Of a stretch of DNA of 64,000 bases, positions 47,093 through 57,430 are shown one piece after another. The notes under the pieces were generated by a model. That model did no database searches. It had not been told where the DNA came from and saw only the letters and a list, made by a program, of their open reading frames with translations. The DNA is from Deltaproteobacteria bacterium (GTDB lineage Bacteria > Lernaellota > Lernaellaia > JACKCT01). Position numbers and translations under genes: made by a program. Numbering within the stretch: position 1 is the first letter of the stretch; the number at the start of each line of letters is the position of its first letter. Location of the stretch: the NCBI GenBank assembly GCA_027493875.1, contig JAOSJX010000026.1, positions 109,479 through 173,478 on the forward strand, given 5' to 3'.

Positions 47093-48519
47093 ATGGCGAA
47101 GAAGCCTTATTTCCCTTTATTATTAAAAAGTATGGGGCTGCCTTTTCACTTTCATTTTGGAGACTCTAGTGCCCGCCAACCACAAAATACGCGTCCGTTG
47201 GCTCAACTCAAAACTCCGAACGCCTCTAATGTGCTCTTCGTGCGGAGAGATCGGCTCCTGGACAACAAAACCCACTCCTAGTTGCTCTAGTTGCGGTACT
47301 TATGAAACACCGACGGTTGCTTGCCCAAATTGTCGTCATAAATTGTCAGACGAGCGTTACCGACATCCTATTAGAGGAGCAAATGGATCAGAGGTAAGAT
47401 ATAATTTTATCGCCTTTGAATGCAGGATTTGCAATACTATTTACGTTTATGATAGCTACCGTCGTAAGTCTATTGAAATACTGCTTCGGACGGCCCCTTC
47501 AAATTTTCGCATTCTGCCGAACATTGGAATTTCATCTGACAATTTTCTTGAGGTATACGTGGATGCTGACGTTCAGAATCCCATCTCTCGAGTGCGCGGA
47601 AAAATGCGGGCAAACCATAGGGCCCCAGTCTCGATTGTTTCATAAATGGGAATACTATGTATTTGAATACGACATAGCAGACTACGGGCAAGAGGAAAGC
47701 TCGACCTTGCGCGTCTACCCTGGCCCACCATATTCCGGTGATATGAAATCAATGATACATCAATTGCTCGCTCGATTACGTGTGGATCTAGAAGTACCCA
47801 TCAGATTTTGGTCATTGCCATTTTCCACCTCGGAATTTGACCTTCAAATAAGTGGCGCGTCGGAGTCTACGATCAACATAATTGCCCGCTTCGTGGAGGT
47901 CTGGACGCTAGACCAGGATCGAAAATTACTTGCTCTAATAAATTCACTAGGAAGCGAAGATATGATTGGTGTTTTTGCAAATACCTTTCGACTACTTGAA
48001 GGAATTCTTAATAAGCTTGTTGATCAGGATCTTATACGCTCAAGGTGGGATGAGACCGTATCAAACGACGAGATCATCGGATATGCGTCAGAGAAAAAAT
48101 TGGATTTGGCGTCCAAGTTGCGAAAAAGAGTTGAGCGCCTACCGGTTTATCCTTCAGGTATTCTGTCGAGGCTTGCCGCTACATTGCAACCCTCCTCCAA
48201 AATTAGCAAAAACGAAGTGTTCTCCAAATTAGTGAAGTTTAGAAATAGCGTCATTCACGACGTATCAGGAGATGATTCAGTCATTGACCTCCCTTGGGAA
48301 CAGCCGCCCGTATTTTTTAGTAGTGCATCAAGTTCATCTGTTAATCGCAGAAATATTGAAGCAGACAATCTGAATCTGGTAGGACAAACATTTAGCGCTA
48401 CTCCAAATAACGGTGGATGCCTTATCGGGCCTAGCGTGTCAACCCATTGCTCAGGCAACACAGACTCTAAATCTGGGAGCCGAGTCAACGCGCGACAAAT
48501 AAGGAAGCTTTCCTATTGA
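47093..48519 (+). CDS. zinc-ribbon plus HEPN (RxxxxH)-like protein, AT-rich, split over three frames
   Basis: CSSC, CSSC, CPNC, CRIC in ORF 47157; FRLLEG and KFRNSVIH in ORF 47416. Confidence 0.55.
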
Positions 48520-48535
48520 TTTTTAAAATCCTAGG

Positions 48536-49094
48536 TCATTTTTCTAAATGATGATTAGACGTTCTTGCAGCTACGATCTCGCCCGTTTCTTGATCTCTTA
48601 CCCAAGTGGAACGCACGATACCATCTTCGGCGACTGATTTCATGACGTCAGTGACTTCGCATATGTCAAAATAAAGAAGGTTCTGATAACGGTTTCGGTC
48701 TGACGTTATGTGAAATCCAGTTAATCCCCCGTTCTCGTTATGAGCAGTAGCAAAAACAAAGCTATGAATTATTTGATTGCAGAAATCCCGTAGCTTCAGA
48801 TTCATATTAACCGAGTTTTTCCAAATTGCAATTTCTGTCGATGTGGTGCCAATTCATTCTGTCCACATTATGTCTTTTGCATTTGAATGCTTTGGCCCGT
48901 AAAGTTATCGATTCTATTTCATCGGACAATTTTTGGGCCTCGACAAGCTTTCTAATTATGTAGGCCGACAAAAAAATGTCTTGCTCAACGCTGGCGAGTG
49001 ACGCTTCCGGCCAGCGCCGTTGGTTTATCCGTTTCCGTAATCTATTGCCTCTCCGAGCAAGCTCGCTCTTCCACGGCGATGATTCCCAAATCAT
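48536..49094 (-). CDS. AT-rich hypothetical protein, possible HEPN-like fold (split near 48806)
   Basis: MIWESSPWKSEL...IIRKLVE plus LRDFCNQIIHS; the two ORFs abut. Confidence 0.55.
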
Positions 49095-49180
49095 TTTCGA
49101 TTTACGCTGACTCCAAACGTGATTTGCCTCAATCTACATCATCTGCGGGTCGTTCGAAGCCGCCCTGTTTTTCCGCCGAT

Positions 49181-50143
49181 TCACGGAACCACTTCGGTAT
49201 TGAGCCCGAGAGCGTCGATCGCTCCCGGATGTTTCGGATCAAGCTCAAGAGTGCGAAGCCATTCGTTTTTCGCTTTGAATGAATCGCCGGTCTGTTGATA
49301 AACACATCCCAATAGATAATACGTCTCGGGATCGGCGTCGTTCATCCACATTGATTCGATCAAAAGGTCCCGCGCCTTGTTCCAGTCGTTTTTCTCCAGC
49401 GCGATATGTCCCTCCAGCCTTTTCCACAACGCGCCGTGATCGACAACTTGCCGGAGATGGCTCTTCACCGTCTTTACGTCTCTTTTCTTTAGGGCGGCTT
49501 CCGCCGCGCGAAGGTGCGGCCGGTCGCGCCAATAAACGGCGTACTCGGGGTGCTCCTTTTCCATCGCGCGGATTTGTTTGACGTACTCCGGCGGCGCCGC
49601 CGGCGATTCCGCAAACAGGCGGTAATAAACGTAGGCCTCCCGCCGGTCGTCCCGTTGTTCGCTCAGGAAATCGCCGAGTTCGAGATAAAGGATCGGATCG
49701 CGGTCCGCATACGGGAGGGCGCGCAAATACACGTACTCCGCCTCATTGAGCCGCCCCAGGCCGATGTTGAGTTGCGCCAACTTGATGCTCATCTCAACGT
49801 CTTCCGGGTAATACCGACACAGTGTGTCGAGCGTTCCGCAGGCCTGCGGCGAGCGGTCGGTGGCGATGAACACGTCGGCGAGAAGTTCCAACGCCGGCCG
49901 GTTTCCGGGATCGTCTTTCAGAATACTTGTCAGGAGATGCTCGGCGCGTTCGAAATCGCGCGTCTTAAACGCCTCTTCGGCGAGGCGATAGCGATCGTCG
50001 TTCCCGGCGGTTTTCGGCGCGGGTATTTCTTGGCGAAAAGGATCGGCAACGACGGGTTGCGGCGTTTTCGAGGCGCAGGCCGCAACCGCTACCGCAACGA
50101 TCGCCAGAAGAAACGACGACCAAGGGCGACAACGTCGGGGCAT
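49181..50143 (-). CDS. TPR lipoprotein
   Basis: Lipobox VAAC; TPRs such as PETYYLLGCVY...LELDP. Confidence 0.85.
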   Translation of the reverse strand: MPRRCRPWSSFLLAIVAVAVAACASKTPQPVVADPFRQEIPAPKTAGNDDRYRLAEEAFKTRDFERAEHLLTSILKDDPGNRPALELLADVFIATDRSPQACGTLDTLCRYYPEDVEMSIKLAQLNIGLGRLNEAEYVYLRALPYADRDPILYLELGDFLSEQRDDRREAYVYYRLFAESPAAPPEYVKQIRAMEKEHPEYAVYWRDRPHLRAAEAALKKRDVKTVKSHLRQVVDHGALWKRLEGHIALEKNDWNKARDLLIESMWMNDADPETYYLLGCVYQQTGDSFKAKNEWLRTLELDPKHPGAIDALGLNTEVVP

Positions 50144-50166
50144 TCTTTTTCCTCGGGGCCCGTTCT

Positions 50167-50207
50167 CCTCTGCGGTCCCTGCGTCCTCTATGGTGAAAAA
50201 TGCGCTT
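50167..50207 (-). repeat. right copy of the 41-bp inverted repeat
   Basis: Reverse complement matches 46895-46935 at 35/41 positions (manual alignment). Confidence 0.75.
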
Positions 50208-50212
50208 CCGTC

Positions 50213-50944
50213 TCACTGTCCTTCGATCGACACCAGCGTCACGGCGCCGCCGCCGTCGAATGTGAAGCCGATGAGGCCGAAGCCGTTGGCGTAGTAGGCC
50301 GTGCGGGTGCGGTCGTTTTCGAGGTCGCGTTCCTCGACCTCGGCCACGTCGTCGAAATCGCGCGGCGGCGTGTCGCGCGAGATCCCGAGATCCGTGATCT
50401 CCGCCTGATAGCGGTTGAAATTCGGCTTGACCCACGGGCTGAATTGCGCGCCGACCTCCACGTCGGCCGGCCACACCGAGCCGGGCACCGGCTGGTTGTC
50501 GCCCAGGCGCCACGAGCCGGCGTCGCCGCCGTCCGCGTCTTCCACGTCCTGCCCGAAGAGCATGATCTCTTTGGATTTCCAGTTCTGCGCGAAGAAGTTG
50601 CGCGTGGTGGTGACGAGTTCGTTATCGACCCACAGCTCCTGCACGACGACGAGGCATTCGATGTCGGTCACCGTTTCGGTGTCGCCCGGCACGGTCTGGT
50701 CGATGTACACGGGGCTCACGCCGTCCGTGCCGTCGAATTTCAGGTGCGAGCCGACGACGAACATGAAATAGCCGCTGTCGATGTCGGAGACGAAATCGTC
50801 CGGTTCCGGATCGTAGATCTCCTCCTCGCCGTCGTCATCGTCGTCGTCATCGTCATCGCCGCCGCACGCGACCCAACCGAACACCACCAGCGCGGACAGC
50901 AAGGCCGCCACGGCCAAACTCCGGAAAAACAATTTGCTCGTCAT
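50213..50944 (-). CDS. lipoprotein with poly-Asp linker
   Basis: WVAC-GG followed by a poly-Asp run; FFAQ...FGQDV, GSW, YYANGFG. Confidence 0.75.
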   Translation of the reverse strand: MTSKLFFRSLAVAALLSALVVFGWVACGGDDDDDDDDDGEEEIYDPEPDDFVSDIDSGYFMFVVGSHLKFDGTDGVSPVYIDQTVPGDTETVTDIECLVVVQELWVDNELVTTTRNFFAQNWKSKEIMLFGQDVEDADGGDAGSWRLGDNQPVPGSVWPADVEVGAQFSPWVKPNFNRYQAEITDLGISRDTPPRDFDDVAEVEERDLENDRTRTAYYANGFGLIGFTFDGGGAVTLVSIEGQ

Positions 50945-51041
50945 GCCATCCTCCACGGTTGACGCTTCTTCTTATCCGAATTTTCGGCCGGCGGCAAAAG
51001 TGCTAAGGTGCGCGCGGCCGGGCGTTCCGGCCGGGTATTCC

Positions 51042-52814
51042 ATGAAAACGATTCTGACCAATTTCGCGTCCGCGTCGCGCTTCCACATCGTGCTGATCGC
51101 CGTTTGCGGTTCGCTGGTTTTCGGTTGGCTACTCACCGGCGCGTTCCACCCGGCGCTGGCGCTGCTGGTGGGACTGGACTGGTTTCTCGTCAACCTCGTC
51201 AACCGCGTCGTGGACCGGGTGGAGGACCGCGAAAACCGCATCCGCGCCGCCGGATTCGCCGAACGCAACGCCCGCACGATCTACGCCCTTTCCCTGGCGC
51301 TCTACGCCGCCGGGTTCGCCGTGCATCTTTTTCTGGCAGCCCTGGCTCGCGCTGCCGCGCGCGGCCTATCACCTGCTCGGTTTCATCTACAATTTCCGCG
51401 TGTTGCCGGGCCGCCGGCGCCTCAAGGAAATGTACTTTTTCAAGAACGCCGCGTCCTGCGCCGGTTTCCTGCTGACGCTCTTCGCCTACCCGCTCGTGGC
51501 CTACGGCCTGCGCGGCGGCGCGGGCGTCGGGTACGTCGCGTTCCTGGCCGCTTACTTCGCGCTGCTCGAGGTGAGTTTCGAGATCATCTACGACCTGCGC
51601 GACGTGCGTGGGGACCGGCTGGCGAAGGTGCGTTCGTATCCCGTGGTGCACGGCGAGCTTTTTTCCGGGCGCCTCATCCTTCTGCTCAACGCGCTGTCGG
51701 CGGAGGCGCTGCTCGTCGGCGGCGCGCTCGGCCTGTTTGCGTGGAAAGAAATGATCCTCATCGTCGCGCCGCTCGTGCAGATCGCCCTTTTCCGGCGCGG
51801 CGAGCGGCGCGGTTTTGCGCCGCGGGATTGCGTTGCGATTACGTGGACCTTCGCGGCGATGAATTTCGGCTACGTGCTGTGGGTGCTCGGCGGGCTGCCG
51901 CTGGCCTTGCCCTTCGCCGTCACACTGCCGCGCCTCGTGGAGTTTTCGCTCGTCGTGATCGCCCTGCTCTGCCTGCGCTGGCTCGCGCCGCTTTACGGCG
52001 CGCGGCGCTACGCGCTCGCCTTCGCCGCCGTTGTTTTCGGTTCGTGGGCGGCGGAGCACACCGCGATCGCTTGGTACGACTCTACTCTTACGACGCGTCG
52101 TGGGAGATTTTTCTCGGGCACGTGCCGCTGGCCATCGTGCTCATCTGGCCGATGGTGATCCTCTCGACGCACCATCTGGTCCGGCGCCTGGGCTTCGCGG
52201 GCTGACCGCCGTCGGCGCGGGCACGGCCATGGTGGCCTTCGAAGCGGCGCTCATCGAGGTCGCCTGCGCGAACGCGGGGCTGTGGACGTGGCGCGGCGCG
52301 GGCGTCTTCGGCGTGCCGTTCATCGGCATCCTCGGTTGGGGGTGTTTCGCGTGCGGCGTTCTCGCGGCGCTGGAATTCTTGCCCGGACGCAAGCTCGCGC
52401 TGGCACCGCTTCTCGGTTTCGCCACCACGCACGGGCTGTTGCAAATCCTGTGGCGCGCGGGCTTCAAACGGATTTCCTATACGCCCGTCCCCGAAGGCGT
52501 GCTGATCGGCGGGATGATTTTTCTGGGCGCGGTTTTCTCCTACTACGCGCTCCGGGCGCGGCGCGATATGCGCATCAGCCTTGTCGAGATCTTTCCCGCG
52601 CCTGCTTGCCGCGCAGATCATGTATTACATCGTTTACGCCGGCGATCCCCCCGCCGCGCTCTGGACCTTCGCGCTGCTCTTCGTGCCGCCCTACTTGATG
52701 CTGCCGGTCTACGACTGGGCGATGGCCGGCGAACGCGGCCCCGTGTCGCTCGCGCCGGCGACGACGGAAAAGCAACGGGCCGGCGAGGCGACGCCGGTAG
52801 GTAGCAGATGGTAG
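51042..52814 (+). CDS. UbiA-family prenyltransferase followed by, or fused to, a carotenoid-biosynthesis (CruF-like) membrane domain; several frameshifts
   Basis: NRVVDRVEDREN and YDLRDVRGD Asp-rich UbiA motifs; RRLKE; later GHVPLAIVLIW and FGVPFIGILGW. Confidence 0.65.
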
Positions 52815-52876
52815 GTGGTAGGCAGGGAAAAAATGCGCGGTGCATCGCGCCGCGCATTTCACAGTTCCCTATCTAC
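52796..52876. repeat. heptamer arm, hairpin and start of the inverted arm interrupted by IS630
   Basis: GGTAGGT AGCAGAT GGTAGGT GGTAGG; AAATGCGCGG/CCGCGCATTT stem; CTATCTAC resumes after the IS at 53867-53890. Confidence 0.7.
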
Positions 52877-53866
52877 TAGAGCACCTCACGGTTGCATGTA
52901 GCCACATGATTTGAACCACCCGAAAGCGTCGTCGGCGGTGACGGTGCGGAGAGCTTCGCCGATGGCGCGGAAAAGTGCGTCGAGGGTTCGGGCTTTGACC
53001 TTGCGGAGATATGCTTTGATCTTGGACCACATCTTCTCGATGGGATTGAGATCGGGACTGTACGGCGGCAGGTAACGCACCTGCGCTCCGACCGCCTCGA
53101 TGAGGTGCGTCACCGCCGGGCTCTTGGGTGGCGCGAGGGTGTCCATCACCACCACGTCGCCCGCCCGCAGCCTCGGTGCCAGGACATGCTCGATGTACGT
53201 CTCGAATGCGGCGCCGTCGGTGGCCCCGTCGATGACCCAATCGACCGTTTGTCCGTTGAACCACAGCGCCGAGATCATGGTGGTCGTGTTCCAATGCCCG
53301 TGCGGCGACGCATCCACCACGCGCCCTCCGTCGAAGGCGCGCCCGTAAAGCCGGGTCATGTTGGTCTTGGCGCCGCTCTCGTCCAGAAAAATCAGGTGCG
53401 ACGAGTCGATCCCGTCCGTTTCTTGGCGCCAAGCCTTCCGCCGGGCTTGGACGTCGGGACGGTCCTGCTCACGGGCGCGGAGTGACTTTTTTTCGGCGGC
53501 AGCCCAAACGGCCCAGCGCCCGATGAACGGCCATGATGCTGCCGTGGCCGCCCGTGGCTGCCAGCAGTTCTTCGAGCGTGGCGTCCGGGTTTTCGCAAAC
53601 CGCCTTCTTCAAGGCTTCCAACCGCGGACCTGGATAAACAGCCTGCCGGCCGCCGCCATGCGGTTTCGGCGCGATCGACTCGCCCCGCCGCCGCCGGCCC
53701 AAGAGATTTCTCACGAATCCGTAGCTGACACCGAACCGGGCTGCGATGTCCCGCTTCGTCACCCCGCCGCGTTCGTAAGCCGCCACCACCTTCTCGCGTA
53801 GGTCCATCGAATAAGCGCTCATGTCTGACGTATCGGCATAGCCAACGCCAAACGTGAATTGCTCTA
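52877..53866 (-). mobile_element. IS630-family insertion sequence
   Basis: TA at both ends; TIRs GAGCACCTCACGGTTG and (reverse complement) GAGCAATTCACGTTTG; HTH orfA plus DDE orfB. Confidence 0.93.
52886..53822 (-). CDS. IS630 transposase (orfA and orfB joined at an A-run near 53490)
   Basis: MSAYSMDLREKV HTH; FLDESG, VVMD, LPPYSPDLNPIE. Confidence 0.9.
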
Positions 53867-53884
53867 ACTACTATCTACCACCTA

Positions 53885-55304
53885 CTAACTGTTGTCCGCG
53901 ACCAGACCGCTGATGTACTTGGTCTTCGCGCCGCATTTTTCCGCCGCGTCGGCGACGCGCAGCGCCTGTCCCCGGCCGTAGAAGAAGACGACGCGTTCGC
54001 TTTTTTCCTGCGCGAGTTGGCGTTCATAATCCGGCGCCCAGAGATTCAATTCTTTGTCCATGATTTTCGCCAGACACTCGCGCGCCTGTGCGCTGGTATT
54101 ATCCCAACGCAGGCGCATGTAGTAGCGGTCCCCCGCGGGGACGCTCGTCGGGATCAGCGCGCGCTGCGGAACGTTCGCCGTCTGGCTCAGCACACCGCGC
54201 AGCTTCGATTCCTGCGCGTGAAAACCAACCCCTTTAAGCGTGTTCGCGGCGTCCGTCAGAATCTTCTCGCGCCATTCGGGCGCCAGCACGGCGATCTTCT
54301 CCAGCAGTTTATCCGGCGGCGTATACCACTGCGCGAGCATTTCGGTCATGACGTAGGCCACGTCCATGCGCTCGGCGATTTTTCGCGCCAGAAAAGCGAG
54401 CTCCGGATCGTTGTGACGCGAAAGATCGAGCAGATCGAGCGGCAATGTCGTGTTCATGTCCTTGACGGATTTGATGCCCAGGTCGCGCGCCTGGACGGCG
54501 TTTAATTTGTTCATCCGCCGCAGCGCGTCCACCTTCGAGCCGACGCTCGCGCGTTCGAAACATACGAGACGCACGTCCCATTGCGTGACGTCGCCGACGA
54601 GCTTCTGATACTGGTCCGCGACGGTCTGCCCCACCAACACGGACGGCAGCGGCGGCAGCATGGCGGCCACGGCGTCCGGAACGAGGCGGTCCCACAGGCT
54701 TGCGGTTTTTCCCGCCGACGCGTCCGCCGTGCATTTGATCTTGCCGTCTTCCACGTCGAGTTTGTAGTCACCCGCGCATTCCTTCGACCAGACGAGTTCC
54801 ACTTCGTCCTGCAGCGTCGCCTCGTTGCCGGTCACGAGATTTTCGCCGCCGTGGATGCCGACGTCCTCGCGGCCCCACTCGTATTCGCCGCCCGGTCCGT
54901 GGCTGTGGTAGCGCTCGTGCACCAGCTTGAGCGGTTCGGCTTCGCTGTCCGCTACGAACGTCGCGCGAAACTGATAAGTTGTGCGCGCCGCTTTCGCGCC
55001 CGACCGCGACATATAAAGGCGGTCGTCGCGTGAAAAAAAGGCGGCCCGTATTTTGGGTCCAGTCGATCACGCCCTCGACCGACGGCGCGGCCCGGAACGT
55101 GAAGAACGCGGTGACGGACGCCACCATCACGAAGATGGCGACCACCGACCCGATGCCGTATTCGAGCATCTGCCCGCGGCGGCGCTCCCCTTGCAAACCG
55201 CGGGTCATGGAAAAGAAGCGCGGAAGCATCAGCCACGCGAGGATAAATCCGAAAAACGCCGGACCCAGCAGAAGGATGATACGTTCAGAGTCGCCGGCAC
55301 CCAT
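53885..55304 (-). CDS. hypothetical membrane protein, two N-terminal TM helices and a large soluble domain (frameshift near 55030)
   Basis: GGAGG RBS; ORF 54768-55358 carries the TMs and ORF 53885-55012 the rest. Confidence 0.55.
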
Positions 55305-55439
55305 TGAGCCCCTCCATTTCGAATCGACCGTGGGAATCCCGTGAGCGAAACGGGACACCGCCTAGCATGGCATATTCGGCCGGGCCGTGGAAAGGGCCGC
55401 GCATGGTGACGTCAGGTCGGCGTACAACTCAACGCGCGG

Positions 55440-56163
55440 TTACCAATTGAGTTCCCGCCCGTCGACGTTGAGAAAAAGGCCCGATTGGCGCGTCGTGAGG
55501 GCGTCGACGGTGGCGAGGAGTTTGCGCACGGATTTTTCGGGGGAGAGCGGCGCGTTCGGGCCTCCCATGTCGGTGCGCACCCAGCCCGGATGGATTGCGG
55601 CGACGATGACGCGGTCGCGCTTGAGGTCGAGGGCGCACAGGCGCGTGAGCATATTGAGCGCCGCCTTGCTCGCGCTGTAACCGTAGTAGCCGGGCATGTC
55701 CTTGTCACCGATGGATCCGACCCACGAGGTCATGTTCACGACGCGCGCTTTTTTCGCGGCGCGCAACAGACCGGCGAGCGCCTGCGTGACGAGGACCGGT
55801 GCAATCGCGTTGACGCGGAAGATGCGCGCGAGGTCGTCGGCGCAGTTCGCCCAACCGCGGATCGACGTCCGAATTCCACGGCTCGTCGCCGCTGTCGATG
55901 ATCCCCGCGTTGTTGACGAGCAAATCGAGCGTTTCCGTTTTCCTCGCGACGGCGCGCGCGGCCTTCAGGATCGACTGGTCGTCCGCGACATCGAGCGGCA
56001 AAACGTGAACACGGTGGTCATGCTCGTCGTGTAGCGCCGACAAGGCCTTCGCCTTCTCCGGGTTTCGCGCCGTGGCGAACACCGTATCGCCGCGCTCGGC
56101 GAGTTGGCGCGTCAACTCCAAGCCGAGCCCGCGATTCGCGCCCGTGACGAGCGTTACCGCCAA
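55440..56163 (-). CDS. short-chain dehydrogenase (CsgA/C-factor-like; frameshifted)
   Basis: VTGANRGLG, NNAG, YSASKAALN, HPGWVRTDMGG. Confidence 0.9.
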
Positions 56164-56305
56164 GCAACTCCCTTTCTCAATCTTGGGCTTGGCGCATGGG
56201 GCTTGGGGGCTGACGCGCGTTTTCTCAAGTCCCCTCCCCCAAGCCACAGGCCGCCGCGCGCTCTCCGGCCCGACCGACGACCTACCGATATACGATCGAC
56301 GCCTC

Positions 56306-56833
56306 TCATAACTCTTCCAGCCCTTCCTGGGCCGTCAGACGCAGCACTTTCGCGGAAAGATCGATGGCGGCCACGGCGTCGGTCGTGTAGGGAATGTAGC
56401 GCTCGCGGTCGCCGTCGCGCACGACGAGCACGTCGTTACTGCCGGTGGCGAACAGGCGTTCGATAACACCGAGATCGCGGCCCGAGGCGGCGATCACGCG
56501 CAATCCCACCAGTTGATACCAGTAGTATTCGCCCTCGTCCAACGCACGAAGCGATGTTTCCGGGGCGAGCACGTCGCCGCCGACAAATGTTTGCGCCGCG
56601 TCGATGGTGTCGATGCCGGCGACCTTCATGACAACGAATGACTTTTGGCGCCGCGCTCGCTCGACGGCGCCCGCCCGCTCGGTGCCGTCCGGCGCGCGGA
56701 GCGTGATGTGGTCGATAGTCTCGAGATTGACGGATTCGCCCGCGAGGGGCGCGGCGCGGAATTCGCCGCGCAGCCCCTGCGTTTTGGTGATGCGGGCCAG
56801 GGGAACGAGCGCCCCCGGGCCGGGCTTTTTCAC
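56306..56833 (-). CDS. rimM: 16S rRNA processing protein
   Basis: [29 protein letters not shown]; operon context. Confidence 0.95.
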   Translation of the reverse strand: MKKPGPGALVPLARITKTQGLRGEFRAAPLAGESVNLETIDHITLRAPDGTERAGAVERARRQKSFVVMKVAGIDTIDAAQTFVGGDVLAPETSLRALDEGEYYWYQLVGLRVIAASGRDLGVIERLFATGSNDVLVVRDGDRERYIPYTTDAVAAIDLSAKVLRLTAQEGLEEL

Positions 56834-57060
56834 TCGAGGATCTCCAGCACCGTGCGGCGCCGCGCCTTGGCGGCGGCGGCCGAAACGATCGTGCGAAGCG
56901 CGCGGGCGGTGCGGCCGTTTTTGCCGATCACCTTGCCGAGATCGTCTTTCGATACCTTCAGTTCGATAACGGAGCTGTTTTCACCGGAAACCTCGTTGAC
57001 GTGAACGTCGCCGGGATTGTCCACCAGCGCCTTCGCAATAAAATCCACCAGGTCCTTCAT
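56830..57060 (-). CDS. khpA: KH-domain RNA-binding protein
   Basis: [17 protein letters not shown]. Confidence 0.93.
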   Translation of the reverse strand: MKDLVDFIAKALVDNPGDVHVNEVSGENSSVIELKVSKDDLGKVIGKNGRTARALRTIVSAAAAKARRRTVLEILE

Positions 57061-57101
57061 GGTTCACCCTCCTCGTCGGTTGAGTCGTCGCTGGGAAGGA
57101 A

Positions 57102-57350
57102 TCAGACGCCGAAGTCGCCGTGCGCCTTGAGCAGGCTCTTCACCGTCACCGATGGACGCGCGCCTTTGTCGAGCCAGTGGCGCAACTTGTCCTCGTACAG
57201 CTCGATCTTCTTGTCGTCCTTGTGCGGGTTGTAAAAGCCCACCTGCTCGACGACGCGTCCGTCGCGCGGAAAGCGCGAGTCGGCCACGACGATGCGGTAG
57301 AAGGCGTTTTTCTTGGCGCCTTTGCGGGTCAATCGGATTGTCAGTGCCAT
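57102..57350 (-). CDS. rpsP: 30S ribosomal protein S16
   Basis: IRLTRKGAKK, YRIVVADSRFPRDGR, GARPSVTV. Confidence 0.97.
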   Translation of the reverse strand: MALTIRLTRKGAKKNAFYRIVVADSRFPRDGRVVEQVGFYNPHKDDKKIELYEDKLRHWLDKGARPSVTVKSLLKAHGDFGV

Positions 57351-57430
57351 CGTGTTCTTCCTCGTTGAGTGTTGGAGAATATGTCCTTCTTCGGTTGAAA
57401 AACGCCGGGCCGCCCGTCGGCCGGCGCGTC

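Noticed and set aside
47000-49150. Integron cassette array
   Set aside because: The genes are convergent; no integrase or convincing attC site was identified.
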